Assembly (NCBI GenBank): GCA_046497275.1
Contig: JAWOFX010000013.1
Span: 1-21,730, forward strand
Reading direction: 5' to 3'
Length of the DNA: 21,730 nt
From: Promethearchaeia archaeon
Lineage (GTDB): Archaea > Asgardarchaeota > Lokiarchaeia > Sigyniarchaeales > SOKP01
In this document: one piece after another, positions 8,572 to 16,123 of the stretch
How positions within the stretch are numbered: position 1 is the stretch's first letter
Layout: every line of letters starts with the position of its first letter
Notes under the pieces: generated by a model
Database searches by the model: none
The model's input: the letters and a program-made list of their open reading frames with translations, nothing else
What the model was told of the DNA's origin: nothing
Made by a program: the position numbers and the translations under genes

Positions 8572-9603
8572 TTAAATCGAAAATAGGATTTTATGGTCTT
8601 TATCTTCTCTAAAGATTTTATTTTGATATTCCAAATAGAATAAATGTGCTAATACCTCACTGAGGGCTAAAAAAGAATTCATATCATCTAATTCTCCAAA
8701 ATGTTTCTCTGCTATATCGAATGGAGTCATCGGGTTATTTGTAATCAATTCAGATATCTCTCTTAATCTTTGAGCATGGTGTATTTGTATTTCCTCAATT
8801 CTTTTTATCGGATCATAAATAACTTCTTGATGTGCTGGAAATATTATCTGAGGATTCAACTTTTTTATTCGCTCCAATGAATTCAAGTACAGATTCAATA
8901 TATTATGGAAATTATATTTCTTATATTTCTCTTGCAAAGCTGGATTTACGATGAAATTTCCGATGTGAGGTGTTATTTGAGAGAGGATATGGTCTCCAGA
9001 AAAAAGATACTCATTATTCTTTTCAAATAGGCATATGTGACCTAATGCATGACCGGGAGTCCAAAGAACTTGAAACTCTCCTTCCCCAATATTGATCAAA
9101 TCATTATCATGCAATATTATATCCGGAATTTCATATTTTTTCATCTGAGGCCACATTAAAAAATACCTTTCCAGTTTTTCTCCTTTTTCTTCAGGAAATC
9201 CAAATTTGGTTACATCTCTTACAACTTCTTGAGTCTGTTTTTTAAGATCGTTAAAGTTATCTTGGTTTGTCTCCCATCTCATGGTTTCATTTGTGATATC
9301 ATGCATTAAAATTTTAATCTCTGAGTTCTTACGTCTTAATTTTGGTATTAGGCCAGTATGATCCAAATGATTATGAGAAATAAAACAATGAGTTATCTGT
9401 TTTGGGGAGATTTTTAATTCTTCTAAATGTTTAAAAAATAGTTTAGGCCAGTTTCCCATATTTAGACCAGCATCAAATAAGATATAATCTGAATTTACTT
9501 TGAATAAATACACATATACAAAATTTACGGCAAAAGGAACATCAATTTTAATTTGTATTACATCATATATTCGATTGATTTCAGAATTAAACTCCAACTT
9601 CAC
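8572..9603 (-). CDS. MBL-fold metallo-hydrolase with C-terminal winged-helix-like domain
   Basis: SHNHLDHTG (HxHxDH), WTPGHALGH, FSGDHIL and FPAHQ metal ligands. C-terminal MTPFDIA...LALSEVLAHLFYL. GTG start. Confidence 0.9.
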   Translation of the reverse strand: MKLEFNSEINRIYDVIQIKIDVPFAVNFVYVYLFKVNSDYILFDAGLNMGNWPKLFFKHLEELKISPKQITHCFISHNHLDHTGLIPKLRRKNSEIKILMHDITNETMRWETNQDNFNDLKKQTQEVVRDVTKFGFPEEKGEKLERYFLMWPQMKKYEIPDIILHDNDLINIGEGEFQVLWTPGHALGHICLFEKNNEYLFSGDHILSQITPHIGNFIVNPALQEKYKKYNFHNILNLYLNSLERIKKLNPQIIFPAHQEVIYDPIKRIEEIQIHHAQRLREISELITNNPMTPFDIAEKHFGELDDMNSFLALSEVLAHLFYLEYQNKIFREDKDHKILFSI

Positions 9604-9714
9604 TTCAACTGCTCTCTACTAAGTTTCTAATTTTTCAGATTGAAAATTGTATAATTTTTTTAAGATTTAAGCAATGATTAGTCAATCAGCATAAATTATT
9701 TGGAGTAAAAACAT

Positions 9715-9999
9715 CTATTGCTCTGATTTTTTACTCTCTTCTTGGTCATCCTTAAAAAAGAGACATTTTTTCATGTCAAACTCAAGATCTCGTAGCTTAT
9801 ATTGGACCTCTTTGCTATTATAATCATGAGAAAGGATATCTACTATTGTATCCTTCAGTTTTTCAAGGTTATCTAACCCACACTGGTAAAACGCATCATT
9901 TTCTTCGAAAGTTAAGGTCAAAATCTGAGCTAATCCATCGAGTGCGCCCTTAATTTTTTCATATGCCTCCCACGCCTCTTCTTTTTCATCATCGCTCAT
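9715..9999 (-). CDS. Hypothetical acidic helical protein (94 aa)
   Basis: ATG with a GAGGA SD-like sequence upstream, protein-like composition, no overlap with other genes, co-oriented with neighbours. Confidence 0.75.
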   Translation of the reverse strand: MSDDEKEEAWEAYEKIKGALDGLAQILTLTFEENDAFYQCGLDNLEKLKDTIVDILSHDYNSKEVQYKLRDLEFDMKKCLFFKDDQEESKKSEQ

Positions 10000-10149
10000 A
10001 TTAATATCCTCAATTAACTATAAATTATTCTAAGTTAAATTTTTTCTGATTTCGATTCTAAATTAATTTCTTTAAAATCATTGTATCTTCTCAATTTGAA
10101 AATCATAGAAAATATAGAAAAGAAGGTAAAAAATACAAATTTTTATTAT

Positions 10150-10503
10150 TTAAAGAACTTCTCGTATTTTATCTGCGAGTTCCTTTGCTTCTCCACCAAC
10201 AGATTCGAGAATTCTGAACGTTTTTTCTGGATTAACTTTAAGTCCTGCATCTAATAATTTTTCTAACCCAATCCTAGTGTTTAATCGCTCATTTTTTTGT
10301 AAGTGAAAAATCACTTTCCCCAGGTCATTTTTTAAACGCCCTTCAGCAGAGTCTAAAACCACATCAAATAAGGCAGGACACACCTCTTCAAGAGTTTTAT
10401 TTCTTACATCACGGGCATAACTATAAACTTGAGTTCTTTGTTCATCAGTGAGTATTATTTCTTCTTTTTGAACACTTTTTTGATCATCCATTTTTTCCAT
10501 CAT
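10150..10503 (-). CDS. Hypothetical helical protein (117 aa)
   Basis: ATG with a GGAGTG SD-like sequence upstream, protein-like composition, fills otherwise non-coding space. Confidence 0.75.
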   Translation of the reverse strand: MMEKMDDQKSVQKEEIILTDEQRTQVYSYARDVRNKTLEEVCPALFDVVLDSAEGRLKNDLGKVIFHLQKNERLNTRIGLEKLLDAGLKVNPEKTFRILESVGGEAKELADKIREVL

Positions 10504-10996
10504 ATTTTATCACTCCATTTTTTATTTTTTAATTTTAATTTTTCTTACTATTCTTTAATTAGAATAGTTTCATATATAAATGTATTGGGCTAAGATTCTT
10601 AGCCGATCAAACTCTTTCGGGAAGTTTATTGAAAATATAACTCTTTTCGCTCATAAAATGAAGAAATTATTTGATTGTTTTCGTATGATAAAAAACGTCT
10701 TAAAACAAGTCAGAAAGTCACTTTTTATTTCCCTATAAAAAAACCATTCTTTGGAATAAGTGAGAATTTAGGATTTTCAATTCCGTTTTTGTTTGTTACT
10801 TAAAAATAAAAAAATAAATAAGTCATAAGATTGAATAAAAAATTTGGGAAAAATGATCTAAATTAAATAATATTTGCAGTATTTAATATTGTAATTGATC
10901 AAAGTTTTTTTTTTGAAAATTCTCATAGAAGACCAATAATCTTATATTGATGAGAATTATTGTGTGTAATGATACATAATTAATTGCGAAATCCTA

Positions 10997-11617
10997 TTGA
11001 AGATGGAAATAAATAATTTAGATCAATCAGTAGAGAAGGAAGGAGAGCAATTAAAGCGAAAAAGGTATCCAGAAGATACAAAAGAAAGAGAATTTGAAGG
11101 CTTTTTTAAATCCTCAATTATAGAGATTACTAATAAAGGATGTACGTCTTTATATGATAAATATTCTAAAGAATTAATCCATCATGATTCTAACAAACCT
11201 ACAGGAGTAACATTTCATATTAAAAATGTGTGGTGGAATAATAACCTCTATAAGTTAGAAATATGGTTCATAGAACCAAAAGGAAGATTTGAGTTTGTAT
11301 TACCTAACTATCTAAGATTGAGTTCTATAGTAGCTTTTGTAATTAATTATTATGATCAAAAAACTCTCTATAAATTGAAGGAATTAGTGTATTTAATTAA
11401 AAAAGAATATGAAAGATTGCCAATTTTATTGGCTTTCAATGTCGATAGTAAAGGGGAATTATCATTGGATAATCGTGATGAAATAATAGAGTATGCAATG
11501 AAGATAGGAATGAACGCTTATATTGAGATATCGGTGAAATCAGGACAAAATATCGAAGAACTATTTAAAGCATTAGTACAACTCTGTTTAAAAAAATTAA
11601 GTGGTCATTCAGATTAA
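10997..11617 (+). CDS. Rab/Ras-like small GTPase-fold protein with degenerate G1/G3/G4 motifs (possible pseudo-GTPase)
   Basis: Collinear with Rab motifs: FKSSIIEITNKGCTSL, KPTGVTFHIK, KLEIWFIEPKGRF, PILLAFNVD and YIEISVKSGQNIEELFKAL. The start may be ATG 11003 rather than TTG 10997. Confidence 0.75.
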   Translation: MKMEINNLDQSVEKEGEQLKRKRYPEDTKEREFEGFFKSSIIEITNKGCTSLYDKYSKELIHHDSNKPTGVTFHIKNVWWNNNLYKLEIWFIEPKGRFEFVLPNYLRLSSIVAFVINYYDQKTLYKLKELVYLIKKEYERLPILLAFNVDSKGELSLDNRDEIIEYAMKIGMNAYIEISVKSGQNIEELFKALVQLCLKKLSGHSD

Positions 11618-11740
11618 TAAAATCTCTCTTTCTTTGTTCATTTACTTTTTCTAAATTTTTAAAGAGTTTTTTTATTTTATTAGGTAAATTCTAATGAAAT
11701 AATTTCCTAATTATCTATTATTAATCAATCATAAAAAGGA

Positions 11741-13251
11741 ATGGAAATGAATCAAAGATTAGATAAAGATTTAAAAAAAGTAATTAAAACTGAGAAATCG
11801 CAAGCAAAACTTAGTAGCTACGTTGTAAACTACGGGAGATGGTTTTTATTCATATTACCGATAATCTTAGTCATTATAACTGTCTTGACTATCTTTTTAG
11901 TTCCTGAGCTTCCTGAAGCTACAAAATGGATTGATCAATCTATCGAATATAAAATCTTAAGCATATTATATACTATCGTTTTAGCAATCTATTTTATTAA
12001 TTCCATTATTCTAATCCTCAGTTCACGAAGAATAGATAAATCATTAGATCTTCGCTTGGATTACGAACGGAGAAAAGGACGACCATTCGACAGTTTAGAT
12101 GGATTCGAATTGCTCAGAAACAATATTGATAGAGTTTTGGCTCTAATGGATATAACAGCATTAATTTCTATCGTATCTATCATACTCTTCGCGGTGATGT
12201 TAACTCTCGGTGATGTAGCATTGAGTTTTATCGCAATGGGAACTACTTTAGTGGGCTTAGGTTTGGCTCTTCTTATAAGGAGTGTTAACTTAAATATTAC
12301 CGATGTAAATGGTCTTCAAGATTTCTTCAAGCCTCTCATCCATGGAATCTTTCTGGACAATTATTTTGCTGAGGTATTCAGCAATCATTTAGATCCCGTG
12401 TCATATTTAAGATGGGATGAATATATCCTTGGTATTAAAGATATTCTAACTCAAGAGTTTAAACAACAGATAAATCAACAGGAAAAAGGAGAACTTCCCA
12501 TAACGTTTGCTATAGAAAGAATACTCTTTCTTTACTATCTTAAATACCAGAAAGTATTAACTGAGGAACAATTCAGAAGAGAAATTAAGGAGATTATTAA
12601 TTTAGATTCTCAAGATTTTGATCTTCAGAAAGGATATCGTATCGAAGGTAAATGGGCTTTTGCAGAAAAAGATATTTATAAATTGTTTAAATTCATTAAG
12701 AAATATAATCCTGGGTTTTTTACTCTTATGGATAGACTTCAGCTTGAACTCGCGGATAACATTGAAAGAATTTCCTCTGATCCTATTTAATTCGACTCTT
12801 CTGCCCAAGAAGTAGTGTTTTTAAACACTGAACTTAATATTATGGTATTTCTCTATAATAATAGACCTGACGCAAAAGATTATCGTATAAGAGTTATCGC
12901 ACCTGGATTTGAACCAAAAAAAGTTTCACTTGATATTAATGTTGAGGGAAGGGGGTCTTTTGAAATCCCAAATCAAGATATATCTCTCGTGTCGGATGAA
13001 GGACTAGATATCACTCAAGTGCTTTCAACAATTTTAGAAAATGGTGAGCATGGCTTACTCTTGAACCTATAAAAAAGGGAGAGCAAACAATACAAATCTT
13101 CTTAGAGACTGCAGATGGACAAATAATCGAAGGAGAAACACGAACAATAAAAATAAAAAGAAATATTAAAGATTACCTTAAGAAGATATCCTCACTCGGT
13201 TCAGTAGTTAGCGGGGTCGCTGTTGCAATTTCTCGAGTATTATTATCATAA
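11741..13251 (+). pseudogene. Interrupted gene for a ~500 aa membrane protein (4 TM segments plus soluble and beta-rich domains)
   Basis: The track ORFs 11741..12790 and 12815..13072 are in the same frame, separated only by TAA 12788-12790 (SSDPI*FDSSAQEVVFLNTE). After a frameshift near 13046-13050 the reading continues AWLTLEPIKKGEQTIQIFLETADGQIIEGETRTIKIKRNIKDYLKKISSLGSVVSGVAVAISRVLLS* to 13251. Confidence 0.72.
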
Positions 13252-13573
13252 TTTTTACTAATTTTTTCTTTTAATTAATATATTAATTTCTTCATTATTA
13301 CAAATCAAATCGTTAAAAAAAAAACGGGCTGAATAATTTCTCCCACTAATCCAAATAATTAACTGTGATTATTCAAAACTATCAACATAAAAATCTCATG
13401 ATATTTATAAATATTCACACGCAAAATCTGCTGGCTCGTAAACAAAAGATAAATTTCTGAATCCATATGATATATATTTTTTATAATAATTAGCTTTTTA
13501 TAAATAAAAATTCTGTTTAGATATGACCTAAATTATTTATTCAAATATAAGGAAAATTAATTGGATTCTAATT

Positions 13574-14083
13574 TTGAAATCAGAGAATGGATGTGGAATA
13601 GGAGCTGAATTTCCCCACGCACATAAAATTGATATATTCAATATGGTGTTTTTTGGGATTTCGTGGTTAGTAGATATGAGAATCTTCCGAATGCATATTA
13701 GATACGGATTCTTTATTCTTGATATTATTAGAGTCACTAGCTTTTTAATTTTATTGACTTTTGGATTCTCCTTAATAAAAGTGTCTTGGAAAGTAATTAC
13801 TCCAGAGATTTACGAATCTGAGACCTTATTCTTGGAGGGAATATATAAATACATTAGACATCCTATGTATATGGGAATTTTAGTGATTTACTTGTCTTTA
13901 GTAATACTGAACCTATCGATAATAATGTTAGCTGCTTTGATTTTAATATTTTTAGTAATGAATATAATGGCATCCTATGAAGAACAGCATTTAATAGAAA
14001 TATTCGGTCAAGATTACAAACATTATAAAGATAAGGTGTCAAAATGGTTTCCTGTAAAGTATATTTCCAGAAATGAGATATAG
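13574..14083 (+). CDS. Isoprenylcysteine carboxyl methyltransferase / phospholipid methyltransferase family membrane protein
   Basis: GIYKYIRHPMYMG and YEEQHLIEIFGQDYKHYKDKVSKWFP are signature motifs of the ICMT/PEMT family; hydrophobic segments present. TTG start uncertain. Confidence 0.85.
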   Translation: MKSENGCGIGAEFPHAHKIDIFNMVFFGISWLVDMRIFRMHIRYGFFILDIIRVTSFLILLTFGFSLIKVSWKVITPEIYESETLFLEGIYKYIRHPMYMGILVIYLSLVILNLSIIMLAALILIFLVMNIMASYEEQHLIEIFGQDYKHYKDKVSKWFPVKYISRNEI

Positions 14084-14290
14084 GGTAATAAAACTTACCT
14101 TCGAATTATATATAAAAAATTGAATATCATATCATTTATCATTTTTAAGGCAATCTAGTATAGTTTTCTTGATCTTGTTCTCATGATAACTTTTCTTATC
14201 ATTATAAAAATTTTGATTATTAAACTATCATTCCTATCTAAAGTAAAGATCAACCTTAATTGCAATATTTAATTTTCATAATCAACATTG

Positions 14291-14320
14291 AAATCGATCA
14301 AGATCGATCATCGATTTATA
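14291..14320 (+). promoter_or_regulatory. Candidate promoter of metV2-metF2: inverted repeat AAATCGAT-N11-ATCGATTT running into a TATA-like TTTATA
   Basis: Perfect 8-bp inverted repeat at 14291-14298/14310-14317. TTTATA at 14315-14320, ending 38 nt before ATG 14359. Confidence 0.4.
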
Positions 14321-14358
14321 GAAAAAAAATAATAAAAATTATGAGGTAAAAATAACCA

Positions 14359-15030
14359 ATGGTTGTTATTACTACGGCCAAGCCTGACGAGGAAGTTTTC
14401 GAGGCACTTGAAAGATGGGATATAAAAAAAGCAGTAATTGTATCTTGTGGTGTATGTGCCGCTCTTTGTCAGACTGGTGGTACAGAAGGATTGGAAAGAT
14501 GGACGAAAAAGCTTGAGGAACATGGCATTCAAGTCACAGCGGGAATCGTAAGTGATGATGTATGTGATAATCGTGTAATGATGAAGGATTTGCGAAAAAT
14601 AGATGACGAATTAGCACAATCCGATGGCATCTTAACCTTAAGTTGTGGTCTTGGAGAACAATCTCTTATTGAAGTATTGAAAAGAAAATATCCTAAAATG
14701 CCCGTTATTATAGCAAATAATACTGAATTTATGGGTATGACCGAACGTATTGGTCGTTTTTATATGAGATGTCGAGGATGTGGAGATTGCTTATTGAATG
14801 AAACAGGTGGTATTTGTCCAATAACAACTTGTGCAAAATCCCTTATGAATGGCCCTTGTGGGGGAATGGTTGAAGGAATGTGCGAAGTTGATAATTATGA
14901 ACGAGATTGTGGATGGGTATTAATCTACAATCGATTAAAAGAAGTGGGACGACTTGATTTATTTGAAAAATTACGAGAATCCTTTGATTGGTCTGAACGC
15001 GGCCATCAAAGAGAAGTGGTATTTAGATAG
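14359..15030 (+). CDS. metV: Methylene-tetrahydrofolate reductase small Fe-S subunit MetV (copy 2)
   Basis: SCGVCAALCQTGG, DVCD, LSCGLG and CRGCGDCLLNETGGICPITTCAKSLMNGPCGG...CEV...DCGW. Directly upstream of metF. Confidence 0.9.
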   Translation: MVVITTAKPDEEVFEALERWDIKKAVIVSCGVCAALCQTGGTEGLERWTKKLEEHGIQVTAGIVSDDVCDNRVMMKDLRKIDDELAQSDGILTLSCGLGEQSLIEVLKRKYPKMPVIIANNTEFMGMTERIGRFYMRCRGCGDCLLNETGGICPITTCAKSLMNGPCGGMVEGMCEVDNYERDCGWVLIYNRLKEVGRLDLFEKLRESFDWSERGHQREVVFR

Positions 15031-15036
15031 GAGGTG
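15029..15036 (+). promoter_or_regulatory. Shine-Dalgarno site for metF copy 2
   Basis: AGGAGGTG overlapping the metV2 stop, 10 nt before ATG 15047. Confidence 0.7.
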
Positions 15037-15046
15037 TAAATAAAAA

Positions 15047-15970
15047 ATGGCATATTCAAAATTAGGAGAAATGTTAGAGAAGGGCGAGTTCATCTTGACT
15101 GGTGAACTTGAACCAGAAAAAACATGCGATCTTTCTCATACTATTCATGAAGCTGAGGAAATGGCTCCTTATGTAGTTGCGGCAAACGTTACAGACAGTC
15201 CTTTAGGAATCGTGACGATAAATTCAATGGCGGCGTCTCACATCATTCAAAAAGAAACGGGATTAGAAGTCATTTGGCAATTAACAGTTCGAGATGTGAA
15301 TAAATTAGGAATTGCTGGAATGGTTATGGGTGGACATGCTCTTGGTCTTAGAAATATTTTATCTCTTACAGGCGATCATCCCGCAATGGGAGATGTTCCA
15401 GAATCAAAACCTGTATTCGATTTAGATTCAGCAACCTTATGTAAACTTATTCGAGAAATGGTGGATGAGGGTAAAATTAATGGTCATGAGATTGAATGCC
15501 CTCCCACACTTCACGTAGGAGCTGCGGCTAACCCAAATGCTGATCCAATGGGTGCTGAGGTATTAAAAATCGGTAGAAAAGCAAAGGCTGGCGCAGAATT
15601 TATTCAAACTCAAGTAGTTTATGACTTAGATAGGACAATTGAGTTCCTTCGAGAAATAAAAAAATATAATGTGCCGGTGCTTTTAGGAATCTTTCCAATG
15701 AAGAGTTACGGGTTCGCTAAGGGTTTTGATGAGTTTGTACCAGGCGTTTCCGTTCCACCAGATATTCTAGCGAAATGGAAATCAATCAAAAAAGAAATTT
15801 CTGACAAAAAGGAACAAAAAGCAGCCTATGATCAAGCAAACTATGAATTCTTCGATCCATTTATCAAAGAATTGCGTAAAAAGGGATTGCTTGCCGGAAT
15901 TCACTGTATGGCGGTTCATTACCCCAGAATATTCCCAAAACTTCAGAAAGTAATAGATGAATCAAGTTAA
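15047..15970 (+). CDS. metF: Methylenetetrahydrofolate reductase MetF (copy 2)
   Basis: TGELEP, NVTDSP, QLTVRDVN, LTGDH, ANPN, FIQTQ and GIHCM motifs; clear paralogue of 1980..2933. Confidence 0.92.
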   Translation: MAYSKLGEMLEKGEFILTGELEPEKTCDLSHTIHEAEEMAPYVVAANVTDSPLGIVTINSMAASHIIQKETGLEVIWQLTVRDVNKLGIAGMVMGGHALGLRNILSLTGDHPAMGDVPESKPVFDLDSATLCKLIREMVDEGKINGHEIECPPTLHVGAAANPNADPMGAEVLKIGRKAKAGAEFIQTQVVYDLDRTIEFLREIKKYNVPVLLGIFPMKSYGFAKGFDEFVPGVSVPPDILAKWKSIKKEISDKKEQKAAYDQANYEFFDPFIKELRKKGLLAGIHCMAVHYPRIFPKLQKVIDESS

Positions 15971-15988
15971 ATCGAGATGTAACTCTTA

Positions 15989-16003
15989 TTTTTTTATTTT
16001 TTT
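15989..16003 (+). terminator. Oligo-T tract after metF2, candidate terminator
   Basis: TTTTTTTATTTTTTT about 19 nt after the stop codon. Confidence 0.45.
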
Positions 16004-16123
16004 ATCATTTTCCACTTCTTCTTATACCAAATGTAAATTCAGATCATATTCTAAAACGGAAAGTATCTAATTTTTTATTCCATTAGTAAAAACTTTAAAA
16101 AGTAGTAAACATCAACAAAGTGT

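Noticed and set aside
13070-13077. Programmed -1 frameshift at AAAAAAG in the broken membrane gene
   Set aside because: The heptamer is in the wrong phase and lies after the upstream frame's TAA at 13070. Protein-like reading in the new frame already begins at about 13048, which points to an indel.
10997-14083. Eukaryote-like prenylation link between the Rab-like protein and the ICMT-family methyltransferase
   Set aside because: The GTPase-like protein ends LCLKKLSGHSD with no CaaX/CC motif, and ICMT/PEMT-family proteins are widespread in prokaryotes with other substrates.
15028-15039. Amber read-through at the end of metV2
   Set aside because: TAG is followed by GAG GTG TAA, so read-through would add only three residues, and the sequence serves as the metF2 SD.
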